DNA of 45,252 nt from a virus. Its lineage: Duplodnaviria > Caudoviricetes. Numbering within the stretch: position 1 is the stretch's first letter; every line of letters begins with the position of its first letter. The position numbers and the translations under genes were made by a program. A model generated the notes under the pieces. The model did not search any database. It saw only the letters and a list, made by a program, of their open reading frames with translations, and had not been told where the DNA came from. The stretch is taken from positions 1-45,252 of the IMG/VR virus record IMGVR_UViG_3300032373_000028. The stretch is one strand, 5' to 3'. Shown here piece by piece: positions 1 to 9,191 of this stretch.

Positions 1-127
1 CCTCACGGACTTCATTCAGAGCGGCCTGGACAAGCTCACCAAGGACGGCCAGTTCTACTCCCAAGAGACTCTCTACTTCCGTGGAGTGGAGGTGGCAAAG
101 AGCCAGGGAATCGAAGGCGCTGCAGCC
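1..127. repeat. 127-bp exact direct repeat of 45126..45252 (circular assembly overlap)
   Basis: Bases 1-127 (cctcacggac...gctgcagcc) equal 45126-45252. The repeat lies inside a CDS whose frame is continuous across the join, and 127 is a common assembler k-mer. Confidence 0.95.
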
Positions 128-1525
128 CAGAAGAAGTTCGCGAAACAATGGGCACTAGACAACTTCGACCCGGAGCTGGGAGCCATCGCTCAGATTGCTA
201 GGAAGGAAGCCCGAGACGTCACCTTCTCTAATCCGCTGGACCGCAACGCTCCCTACCTCGAGGGTGTCTCTGCCTCCATCCAGAACATGGTCAGGCGTCA
301 CCCCTTGATGAGGATGTTCCTCCCGTTCATCCAGACGCCCACCAACATCGCTCTCGAGGCTGCTCGTCGGTTCAACCCGATGAACGCATCCAACAGCTTA
401 GGCAAGCTGGACCCTGACGCTGCCCTCAAGATCAACGATGCAGCTCAGCGTCTCGCCTTCGAGATCAACGGTGGAGACGCTCGAGCTAAGTCTGAGGCCC
501 TTGGCCGTCTAGCTACCGGAGTAGGCGTCATCGCCTCTGTCGGTGGAATGGCCGGCAGCGGTATCATCACAGGCCGGGGTCCCTCTGACCCTGAGCAGAG
601 GAAGCTCCTTCAGTCACAAGGCTGGCAGGAATACTCCATCAAGGTCGGGGACCGTTGGGTCTCCTACTCACGGATGGACCCGTTCGCCACGATGCTAGGC
701 ACGGTGGCGGATATCACGGAGTACGGTAAGTATGCTCCTCCTGGTGATAACTCCATGGCCTTCGACGCCACGATGGCTACAGCTATCGCTATGGCGAACA
801 ACTTCACCAACAAGACCTACCTCCAAGGTATCCAGTCCTTCGTTGATGCAGCCGGCGCACCGGACCAGAAGATGGAAGCCTTTATGAAGCGCTACGCCAG
901 CGCGGCTATCCCTAACTTCACCAGTCAAAACATCATCGGTCCCGGCGAGGACAGTATGAAGGACGTCCGTACCATCTGGGACGCCATCATCAGGAAGGTC
1001 CCTGGTATGAGCGACAACGTGGAATCTCTCCGCAACGTCCTCGGTGAGAAGGTCAAGCCTAAGGATGGCTTCGCTGACGGGGACAACTACATCCTCGAGG
1101 GCTTCAACCCTGTCAGGGCCTCGACAATCAAGAATGATGCTATCGCTAATGAGTTCCGGAACCTAGGCCACGGCTTCGACCGTCCTGGTTCCACCCTCAT
1201 GGGCGGAGCCATTGACCTCGCTGAGATCCAGTCCTCCAAGGGGCAGTCAGCCTATGACCGCTACCAGGAGCTTCACGGTGAAGTAAGGATCGGGAACAAG
1301 TCCCTCCGCCAAGCCCTCACCAAGCTCATCAAGTCCCGCCAGTACCAGCGGACCTCAGCTGAATCCACATCGGATATTGACTCCCCTCGTATCCAGATGC
1401 TGAACACCGTCCTCCGTCGCTACCGCCGTAAGGCTCAGCGACAACTCTTCCAGGAGTTCCCCGAGGTGGACTCCCAGAACCGTCTCCTTCGACAACAACG
1501 CCTGCTCGCCCGTCGTGGCAGCTAA
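1..1525 (+). CDS. C-terminal part of the large internal virion (ejection) protein, T7 gp16-position; LPD38-like C-terminus
   Basis: In frame with 42037..45252 across the overlap, giving about 1537 aa in total. Contains YSIKVGDRWVSYSRMDPF, typical of these C-termini. Lies immediately before the tail fibre gene. Confidence 0.8.
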   Translation, partial: LTDFIQSGLDKLTKDGQFYSQETLYFRGVEVAKSQGIEGAAAQKKFAKQWALDNFDPELGAIAQIARKEARDVTFSNPLDRNAPYLEGVSASIQNMVRRHPLMRMFLPFIQTPTNIALEAARRFNPMNASNSLGKLDPDAALKINDAAQRLAFEINGGDARAKSEALGRLATGVGVIASVGGMAGSGIITGRGPSDPEQRKLLQSQGWQEYSIKVGDRWVSYSRMDPFATMLGTVADITEYGKYAPPGDNSMAFDATMATAIAMANNFTNKTYLQGIQSFVDAAGAPDQKMEAFMKRYASAAIPNFTSQNIIGPGEDSMKDVRTIWDAIIRKVPGMSDNVESLRNVLGEKVKPKDGFADGDNYILEGFNPVRASTIKNDAIANEFRNLGHGFDRPGSTLMGGAIDLAEIQSSKGQSAYDRYQELHGEVRIGNKSLRQALTKLIKSRQYQRTSAESTSDIDSPRIQMLNTVLRRYRRKAQRQLFQEFPEVDSQNRLLRQQRLLARRGS

Positions 1526-1528
1526 CAC

Positions 1529-4120
1529 ATGCCCTACTCCTACGACGAATACACCGCGAGCGGAGGCAACGCCACCTACGCTTACACCTTCGACACGATT
1601 GACCCCTCTCACGTCAAGGTCAATGTGGCGGGTGTCGCTGCTACCTTCACCCACGACACAGCCCAGTCCCAGATCACGGTCACTAGCTCCCTGACTGATG
1701 GGCAGCTGGTGAGGGTCTACCGCGACTCCTCACAAGGCACCCGCCTGGTGGACTACGCGGACGGTGTGGCTGTCGGTGAGCGGTCTCTGGACATGGACAG
1801 CCGGCAGGCGTTCTATATGTCACAGGAGGCCCTGGATAAGGCAGCTGAAGCTCCTGACGCTGACCCCCTGTTCAGTCAAGACACGGCAGGTAACGTCCCC
1901 GGTCCGACTGCCGCTGACATCAGTAACAACTTCGTTCTCCAGGCTGATGGTGACTGGGTAGCCAACGCAGGCGGAGGCGGAGGTGGATCTGGTGAGATCA
2001 ACACGGCGTCTAACGTCGGTGCTGGCACAGGAGCCTTCGCCCAGAAGTCTGGTGTCGACTTCCAGTTCAAGTCCCTCACCGGCACCTCAGGTCTACTGAG
2101 CAACACCGCCACCGAGATCAACATTGACGCTGCTCGAGCCTCCCACAGCCACAGCCTCTCAGCGATCACCGACCTAGGTAACTTCAGCACCTCAGCCGCT
2201 GGCTTGGTCCCTGCTCCTACTGCAGGGGACGTCACTGCCGACCGTATCCTCCAAGCTGATGGAACTTGGGTGGATCAGACCGGGGGGGCTGGAGCTACCA
2301 GCACTCAGAGCCTGACCGATGTCCAGAACACGGGCGCTACTGAAGGCCAGGCCCTCATCTACCGGACGAACGAGTACGTCCCTGAGACAGTCCTCTCCAC
2401 CAACCTCAGCGTCACTCCCCCGGCTGCCGGCTCTGTCCTGATCTCCGATGGAACCAACATCGTCGACCTCACTGGAGGAACGACGGGGCAGGTCATCAAG
2501 AAGATCGCTGGAGCCCCTGGAGCTGAGTGGGCTGATGAGAGCGCAGGCTCTGGAACCGTCCAAGGCATCGCTGGCACCGGAGGTGGCGCGGCCCTCAACG
2601 ACGGCCTCAGTGGCACTGACGTCCAGGTCAAGTCCCTCACAGGAGGAGGCGGCGTCACCTTCAACACGGCTACCGCTGGTGAGGTACGGATCGACGTCAA
2701 CCACGACTCGATTGACGGGTTCGTGGCTGGGGAGCACCGGGTCATCAACGACTCAGGCACCAGCCTCACTGAGCTGTGGTCGGCTTCCAAGACCAGCACT
2801 GAGCTTGCCCTCAAGTTCGACGCGGCTGACTTCAACGGCGACTTCGACACCCGGTTCTCCTCCAAGACCCTCGGGGGCCTCAACGGCGTCCAGTCGGCTT
2901 CGGTCGACTCAGCGTCCGATGCGGACACGATGGTCTACAGTTCCGCCAACAGCCGCTGGGAAGCTCAGCCTGGTGTCGCCGCTGACCTCACTGGTGTCGC
3001 TAACTTCGACCTGTTCGCCTACAACGCCACCCGCGCCCAGTGGGAAGCCTGTGAGCTGAGTCTGTTCGATAGCGGTGGGCTCGAGTGGGTAGGCACCACC
3101 CCCGTCAAGGGAGCGTGGGCGGACCCCGCTGGCGCTACCAGTCGGATGACTCTTGGGATCAAGGACGACGGTATTGACGGCGATATGATCGGGGCTGTTG
3201 ATGTTCACGACCTCGCTGATGTCGACTCCGCAGCCCTTCCGGCCAAGGGGTCCTTCCTGATCGGTAAGGGGTCCGAGTGGGGAGCCATCGGAGCCGGAAC
3301 TACAGGTCAGGTCCTGATGGCGGACACAGCCGGCACCGGAGACCCCTTCGGAGCTAAGTGGATCACCTTGTCCACAGGGCATATCGGGTCGGGAACCTTC
3401 GCTGATGCCCGCATCTCTGAGAGCAGTGTCACTCAACACCAATCCGCGCTGTCCATCGCTGCCACGCAGATCACCGGAACCCTTGCAGACGCCCGCGTTG
3501 CGGAGACCAACGTCACGCAGCACGAAGCCGCGCTGAGTGTCGCTACCTCCCAGCTGACAGGGACGCTGGCTGATGCTCGGGTCGCGGAGTCCAACGTCAC
3601 TCAGCACGCACAGGCGGTGCAGGAAGACAGCGCCATCAGCGGACCTGCGGCTTCTAAGCCGGGGAGCCCTGCTACAGGTCAGCGGTACTTCAACACCGAC
3701 GACTTCATCGAATACTACTACACCGGATCTAAGTGGCTCTCCACACACTCCTGGACTGAGACATGGGGTAAAGCCTCTGCAGCATCCTCCAACTTCCTCC
3801 GTAAGGGCGACTCCAACGCAGGCGGATCAACCAACGGACTCTGGTTGCCGATGAACTGCACGATCACTACGGTCACGATGAACAGCAACACCGCGACCGA
3901 CTCAGACAACACGACCGTCGACCAAGACGGAATCAACGTCTGGGTCGAGGGCGTTGCTCAGGGTGAGGTCTACTTCTCGAACAGCTCCAAAGGCGGGTTC
4001 GATCTCAACTATGACGCTAACGTCGATGCGGCCCGAGGGTTGAAGGTGGGGATGCTTGCCAACACTCGGACCCACGCCAATATGTACGCCACGTTGGAAC
4101 TTCGTCGCCGGATGGTCTAG
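1529..4120 (+). CDS. Tail fibre protein with T7 gp17-like N-terminal anchor
   Basis: N-terminus (YTFDTIDPSHVKV...VRVYRDS...LVDYADG...LDMDSRQAFYMSQE) resembles the T7 tail-fibre anchor. The body is Gly/Thr/Ala-rich and repetitive. Confidence 0.85.
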   Translation: MPYSYDEYTASGGNATYAYTFDTIDPSHVKVNVAGVAATFTHDTAQSQITVTSSLTDGQLVRVYRDSSQGTRLVDYADGVAVGERSLDMDSRQAFYMSQEALDKAAEAPDADPLFSQDTAGNVPGPTAADISNNFVLQADGDWVANAGGGGGGSGEINTASNVGAGTGAFAQKSGVDFQFKSLTGTSGLLSNTATEINIDAARASHSHSLSAITDLGNFSTSAAGLVPAPTAGDVTADRILQADGTWVDQTGGAGATSTQSLTDVQNTGATEGQALIYRTNEYVPETVLSTNLSVTPPAAGSVLISDGTNIVDLTGGTTGQVIKKIAGAPGAEWADESAGSGTVQGIAGTGGGAALNDGLSGTDVQVKSLTGGGGVTFNTATAGEVRIDVNHDSIDGFVAGEHRVINDSGTSLTELWSASKTSTELALKFDAADFNGDFDTRFSSKTLGGLNGVQSASVDSASDADTMVYSSANSRWEAQPGVAADLTGVANFDLFAYNATRAQWEACELSLFDSGGLEWVGTTPVKGAWADPAGATSRMTLGIKDDGIDGDMIGAVDVHDLADVDSAALPAKGSFLIGKGSEWGAIGAGTTGQVLMADTAGTGDPFGAKWITLSTGHIGSGTFADARISESSVTQHQSALSIAATQITGTLADARVAETNVTQHEAALSVATSQLTGTLADARVAESNVTQHAQAVQEDSAISGPAASKPGSPATGQRYFNTDDFIEYYYTGSKWLSTHSWTETWGKASAASSNFLRKGDSNAGGSTNGLWLPMNCTITTVTMNSNTATDSDNTTVDQDGINVWVEGVAQGEVYFSNSSKGGFDLNYDANVDAARGLKVGMLANTRTHANMYATLELRRRMV
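3392..3607 (+). repeat. Three 84-nt (28-aa) tandem repeats in the tail fibre (GT[FL]ADAR[IV][SA]E[ST][SN]VTQH)
   Basis: Units begin at 3392, 3476 and 3560. The peptide is conserved while synonymous positions have diverged. Confidence 0.9.
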
Positions 4121-4124
4121 TCCT

Positions 4125-5915
4125 ATGCCTATCACTAACTACCTGGCTGTCCGCCCCCCGGCTACCCGCCCTACAGCCCGAATCGACAGGCTGAGCTACT
4201 GGTCGAGCTTCGGGGTGTACGGCTGGGGGGGTGCTCAGGAGAGCAGCTACTGGTCTCGAGTCGTCAAGGACGATGAGGGCACCTTCACCATCACGGTGTC
4301 CCTAGACAAGCCGGCCCGCTCCACGGATACCGTGACCTGGGCCGTCACCACCGGAGCCTCCACGGAGAATGACTTCTGGTCCACCACCCAGACCAAGACA
4401 GTCACCTTCGCTGGAGGCGAGAACAGCTTCACCATCCCGATGCTGATGGCTGATAAGGCCAAGTGGTTCGAGGAGAAGGCTGTCATCATCGAACTGACGT
4501 CCTCCACGGGCCTGGTGATCGCTGACGGGTACAAACGCTGCCACGTCCTCATCGGACCCTCCACGAAGCCTCCGCTGGTCTCTATCACCACGGACACCGA
4601 TTCGGTAGCCACCACGGGTGGGACCTTCGACGCTGAGTTCGTGGCCTCCTACGCGCCTCTCGAGGACCTCAAGGTCTACTACACCCTCGAGAACGGTGTA
4701 GGCACCTCGATGAAGGACAAGACCTCTGGACCTGTCCAGGGCGCAGCCACCATCTCAGCCGGCACCACCTCCACCACGGAGACCTTCACGGTAGCCACGG
4801 GAGTCACCTCAGGCGACACGGTCATCGTCCGCCCTGACTACGAGAGGGATCAGGTGGCCTACTCGGAGCCGCGCTTCGATGTCAGTGCGCAGACCTTCAC
4901 CAAGTCCAACGATGTGATGGTGGATGAGAACCTGTGGAGGTCCTCCTCAGACATCGCAGGCGGCTACGAAGAGATCAACAAGACTGCCACCTCATGGCCG
5001 GCCCTTGCGATGCGCCCTAACACCATCGCTACAGGCGGGTCCACGTTCACCGGAGGCAACGACACCGGCATCGACATCGTCTCGGTCAACCAGACGGCAA
5101 CGACTAAGGTCGTTGACCCGACCACTGGGGATGATGCTGTGTGGATCTCAGCTGGGCCAGACACCACGACTATGGGTTATCTCCGGATGGCCTTTAGCTC
5201 CCCCTTCTGCGAGGGTGAGTCCACATTCCACATCCCTGGTAAGGAGTGGGTCCGGGGTATGTACGCCTTAGAGAACATGGGGACGGAGGATGCTTCCAAG
5301 GGCTACGACCTCCACGCCATCGGTGTCCGTACCCGTACCCAGGACCTGGACCACCAGCTCCGGTTCGCTGATGACACCTATGGTCGTACCCCTGGCCGCT
5401 CCTCCTCATGGACCACCGGGCCGAATGACGTCCCCACCTTCGGTCCTATGGCTAACGGCAGGACCTACTGGCAGTGGAGCCGTAAGAACGGCCACCCCAC
5501 GGACTTCGACTGGGGTGTCGTGGACATCGAGTACCAGGGGGAGCTGAAGACCTTCGTCTGGTTCGTTCACCACATCGACCCTCTGCAGTTCTACGCGGAC
5601 GGTAACGACCAGACCGGGACCCGTCCTGATGGTTATGAGGACGCCGCCTATGACGAGTCCAACCCCATCTACCGTCCTATCTGGAACAACAGTTCGGACA
5701 GCTCTAACACGCCCATCACCTTCAACAGCGTCAAGACCAACCAACGGGGGACGATCATCCACAGCCTCGGATATCAGCTCTCCGCCACTGAGTTCAGTCC
5801 TCATGCTCCCTCGAGCTACTGGCCCTGCACAGGCGTCCTCTGGACTCCTCGCGGCGGCGGCTTGAAGCATGCTACCCCCGCTACTGCAGGAACCTTCACC
5901 ACCACCGTCTCCTAA
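4125..5915 (+). CDS. Putative virion adhesin with Calx-beta/Ig-like domains
   Basis: The ATG at 4125, right after the fibre stop, is preferred over 4056. EGTFTITVSLDKP...DF...TVTFAGGENSFTI fits the Calx-beta pattern. Thr-rich. Confidence 0.6.
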   Translation: MPITNYLAVRPPATRPTARIDRLSYWSSFGVYGWGGAQESSYWSRVVKDDEGTFTITVSLDKPARSTDTVTWAVTTGASTENDFWSTTQTKTVTFAGGENSFTIPMLMADKAKWFEEKAVIIELTSSTGLVIADGYKRCHVLIGPSTKPPLVSITTDTDSVATTGGTFDAEFVASYAPLEDLKVYYTLENGVGTSMKDKTSGPVQGAATISAGTTSTTETFTVATGVTSGDTVIVRPDYERDQVAYSEPRFDVSAQTFTKSNDVMVDENLWRSSSDIAGGYEEINKTATSWPALAMRPNTIATGGSTFTGGNDTGIDIVSVNQTATTKVVDPTTGDDAVWISAGPDTTTMGYLRMAFSSPFCEGESTFHIPGKEWVRGMYALENMGTEDASKGYDLHAIGVRTRTQDLDHQLRFADDTYGRTPGRSSSWTTGPNDVPTFGPMANGRTYWQWSRKNGHPTDFDWGVVDIEYQGELKTFVWFVHHIDPLQFYADGNDQTGTRPDGYEDAAYDESNPIYRPIWNNSSDSSNTPITFNSVKTNQRGTIIHSLGYQLSATEFSPHAPSSYWPCTGVLWTPRGGGLKHATPATAGTFTTTVS

Positions 5916-8311
5916 TGACCGTCATCCTCATCGCCCAGAACCAGGCGACCGCTCCGGCCAATAACCGCTACGAGACGGACATGGTGGCCGACTACCTGTT
6001 CGAGTCCATCCCCGGCTCTCAGACAACGGTCTTCGACCAGACTCCGAACCAATACAACCTGACCATCGAAACCCCGGCTAACACTACCTGGGGATCGAAC
6101 AGCTATGGTCAGTACCTTCAGATCAACGATGAGTGTAAGGTCATCGGGGGCCGAGGGTTCACCAAGTTCATTGACGCCGCTAAGGCTTCCGGTGAGTTCA
6201 CCATTGAATGCTGGGTAGCCATCCACGACCCGATCTCCAGCCTCGCTGAGGTGAGCGAGGACCCGCTCTACGGTCCTGCGCGCCTTATCAACTGTTCCGA
6301 CCCAGCCGACTCCACTGGCTCCCGGAACTTTATGATCGGCGTGAACAACTGGCCGGTAGGTGACGAGGAAGGGGTCCTCCGCTCACGCCTCCGGACTAGC
6401 CAGTCCAGCTTCGACGGTACGCCTGAGATCGCTACAGCTGAGAACACCGTCAACACGGAAGAACTCCGCCACATCGTCCTTACCTACAAGCAGGGTGTCG
6501 GTCAGAAGCTCTACTCCAACGTAGTCGCAGGCACCTTCGCCCAGCACATCCTCTCCAGCGACACTGAGGACGCCGGCAACCTCGAGGACTGGGACTCCAC
6601 CTACCAGCTCCTCCTCGGCACCGAACACGATGCCCCCCGCATCTTCCGAGGCCAGCTGCACCGCCTCTCCTTCCACGATGCTGAGCTGACCCCGGCCCAG
6701 GTTGAGCAGAACTACCATGCCCTCCCCAGTGGCTCTGGTGTCCTCCCTGAACCGGCCATCAGCTGGCGCTCGAGCACCTACGCAGCCAACGAGTGGGACA
6801 CCAGCTTCACGGCTGACCTCGACCTCACGGTCCCCGCTCAGACAGCCACCACGGTCAACCTGAGCATCACCGGCTCCTCGAACATCTTCTTCGATGCCGG
6901 ACTCACTCAGACGACCACCACGGTTGCCCTGGCTGAGGGTGACACCACAGCGACGGTCACGGTCTACGTCACGGACACGACCTCTGGAGGAGCCTACACA
7001 GGCGTCCTCAACGTGCTCTCAGGCACCGGCTACGACATCGGGTCCACGGCGGCATCCACGGTCACCGTAGCTACGGACAACGTCCTGCCTGTAATCAACT
7101 GGACCACCGGCTCCATCGACGCCCCCATCGACGGGGTGCTGAACCTGACCGTCACTGGCTCACTCCCTTGGAGTGCAGACAACACCATCTTTATGACTGT
7201 CAACTCCGGGCTTACCACGATGTCTGGAGGAGACTTCACGTTCACATCTCCCACCATCCTAGAGCACGACCTAGAGGCAAGCTTCCCGATCACGATGAAC
7301 GGGACAGCTGCCGATGGTGAAGTCCTTGTCCTGGACATCCTGTTCCCTGAGGTAGGCACCCCCGGCGCTACCAGCCAGGTGACTATCACAGCCTCAGACA
7401 CTTCGTCTGACAAGCCTAGTGCGGATAACACTGGACCTAACTCCGCCCTCTACCAGGCGACCTACGGCGGCTCTCAGACCCTCGTCCCCTGGACAGGCTC
7501 CACGACCATCGACGATGCCTGGGTAGCGGCCAACGCTCCTACTGGCCTCTGGGAGAACCGTAGCTGGTCGGGGCTCCAGTTCAACGTGCAGAACCTCTCC
7601 GTCGACCTGACCATCCGGAACTTCTACGCGGACGGTGGCAACAACAACTACGGCTTCTGGGTCAAAGGTAACGTGACCGGGACGCTGACTATCGAGCATG
7701 GCGAAATCACTGACTACGGTGAAGCCGCTGTCCTCACCCAATTCGCCGGAAGTTCCCCTGGTGATGGATCTATGTTCACCATGAGGCACATCTACGTCCA
7801 TGACATGGGACGTGATGGGAACAAGCTCCTGAAGAACTCCCTGATGGAGAAGTGTTGGATCGAGCGCCTAGGTCTCGACCCTAACGCCCACGCTGACGGT
7901 AACCAGACAGAGGGCTTCGGTCCCGACAACGGTAACGTCACCCTTCAGGACAACTTCATCGACATGCCTGACCCGCTGTCGCCCAACGGTATCCCTGGCA
8001 CAGCGTCCAACGCAACCTCGATCAACCAGGCTAAGACGTCCAACATCAACGGGCTGTATATGTACCGGAACTGGCTGAACGGCGGTAACTACTGCACCTA
8101 CTTCACCATGTCCAACGGGTGGACCATCCAGAACACTGCCTTGGTCGACAACCGCTTCGGACGTGACTTCAAAGAAGGTCTTCTCAGCCTCGACAGTCAC
8201 AGTAACTTCGTGAACAGCGGGAACCGCTGGGACGACACCAACGAGCTGATCGACGGCACCGGAGTCGTAGCTTCGGGCGGATCGGCTTACCAATCTGAAC
8301 GGAGCTGGTAA
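5915..8311 (+). CDS. Putative tail spike/adhesin: LamG (ConA-like) domain + Calx-beta-like domains + C-terminal right-handed beta-helix
   Basis: FTIECWV...RHIVLTY...FRGQLHRLSFHDAELTPAQVEQNY fits LamG. KPSADNTGP...HADGNQ...NWLNGGNY...GNRWDDT fits a beta-helix. Start is coupled by TAATG. Confidence 0.65.
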   Translation: MTVILIAQNQATAPANNRYETDMVADYLFESIPGSQTTVFDQTPNQYNLTIETPANTTWGSNSYGQYLQINDECKVIGGRGFTKFIDAAKASGEFTIECWVAIHDPISSLAEVSEDPLYGPARLINCSDPADSTGSRNFMIGVNNWPVGDEEGVLRSRLRTSQSSFDGTPEIATAENTVNTEELRHIVLTYKQGVGQKLYSNVVAGTFAQHILSSDTEDAGNLEDWDSTYQLLLGTEHDAPRIFRGQLHRLSFHDAELTPAQVEQNYHALPSGSGVLPEPAISWRSSTYAANEWDTSFTADLDLTVPAQTATTVNLSITGSSNIFFDAGLTQTTTTVALAEGDTTATVTVYVTDTTSGGAYTGVLNVLSGTGYDIGSTAASTVTVATDNVLPVINWTTGSIDAPIDGVLNLTVTGSLPWSADNTIFMTVNSGLTTMSGGDFTFTSPTILEHDLEASFPITMNGTAADGEVLVLDILFPEVGTPGATSQVTITASDTSSDKPSADNTGPNSALYQATYGGSQTLVPWTGSTTIDDAWVAANAPTGLWENRSWSGLQFNVQNLSVDLTIRNFYADGGNNNYGFWVKGNVTGTLTIEHGEITDYGEAAVLTQFAGSSPGDGSMFTMRHIYVHDMGRDGNKLLKNSLMEKCWIERLGLDPNAHADGNQTEGFGPDNGNVTLQDNFIDMPDPLSPNGIPGTASNATSINQAKTSNINGLYMYRNWLNGGNYCTYFTMSNGWTIQNTALVDNRFGRDFKEGLLSLDSHSNFVNSGNRWDDTNELIDGTGVVASGGSAYQSERSW

Positions 8312-8323
8312 CTCCATATAGGT

Positions 8324-8935
8324 ATGACTATTCCCTCTGACAATTCCACGGAAGGCCGGCTATCGCGCCTCGAGGCTACGACCCACGCTCTAGCTGACTC
8401 CCAGGCTAAGATGGTCGATCAGATGGCCGCTGGGTTCAAGGAACTCAAGGACTCCTCTAAGGTCCAGTGGGGTCCTCTGATCTCAGCAGCAGGCGTGCTC
8501 CTAGCTATCGGAGGTATGTTCGGTACTGGCTTGACAGACAAGCTGGCCCTGATGCACGAAAGGCAGCTGGAGGCTGAGGAGCGGTTCTATCTACACGAAC
8601 ACTCCACAGGCCACGCCGGCCTCGCCCAGATCGTGGAGGGCAACGGTGATAGTCTCGAGAAGCTGGACGAAGTCCTACAGCGTGAGATGAGGATTCTCGA
8701 CTCCCGTATGGAGACTGTCATCGAGGGGCTGGACGAACGTCTACAGATCGAGATGAGACTCCTCACGACCCCTATCCAGCAACGCCTCGACGACTTGGAT
8801 GAAGCCGCCATCCGTGAGCGGGCTGCCCGTGAAGCTGCTACATCTAAGCGATTCGACAGTGAGGACTTCCAGGAGTTCCTCCGCACCCTCGAGGTCCGCC
8901 TCGGCAAAATCGAAGGAGGTACGCCCGATGAGTAA
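8324..8935 (+). CDS. Membrane-anchored coiled-coil protein at the holin/lysis position
   Basis: One hydrophobic segment (WGPLISAAGVLLAIGGMFG) followed by heptad-rich sequence with an internal repeat (LDEVLQREMRIL / LDERLQIEMRLL). Located between tail genes and terS. Confidence 0.5.
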   Translation: MTIPSDNSTEGRLSRLEATTHALADSQAKMVDQMAAGFKELKDSSKVQWGPLISAAGVLLAIGGMFGTGLTDKLALMHERQLEAEERFYLHEHSTGHAGLAQIVEGNGDSLEKLDEVLQREMRILDSRMETVIEGLDERLQIEMRLLTTPIQQRLDDLDEAAIRERAAREAATSKRFDSEDFQEFLRTLEVRLGKIEGGTPDE

Positions 8936-9191
8936 CAAGACCATCGCAGAACTCGTCAAGACTCTGCATAAGAAGACCATCGAGCGTATGCTCGAGGCAC
9001 TGGACGACCCTGAGACCCAGTTCAACGCTGCTCTCCTCAGGGAGGTCCGAGGGCTCCTCAAGGACAACGGTGTCGACGACCCTATGGTCGAGGAACTGCT
9101 GAAGACTCAGACACAGTCCTTCAAGCCCCTCCCCTTCACCGACCCTGACGAGACTCCCCTGAAACCGGAAGACATCGAGAACCTTGGCTAA
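8928..9191 (+). CDS. terS: Terminase small subunit (T7 gp18-like)
   Basis: ATG at 8928 with GGAGGT SD. Contains the AALL...LLKDNGV motif and lies directly upstream of terL. Confidence 0.75.
   Translation: MSNKTIAELVKTLHKKTIERMLEALDDPETQFNAALLREVRGLLKDNGVDDPMVEELLKTQTQSFKPLPFTDPDETPLKPEDIENLG

Noticed and set aside
1-127. 127-bp direct repeat as the biological terminal repeat
   Set aside because: It falls inside a continuous CDS and has a typical assembler k-mer length. Real ends are more likely near 10.9-12.2 kb.
3392-3607. Diversity-generating retroelement TR/VR pair in the tail fibre
   Set aside because: The repeats are tandem with synonymous, not adenine-specific, differences, and no reverse transcriptase is present.
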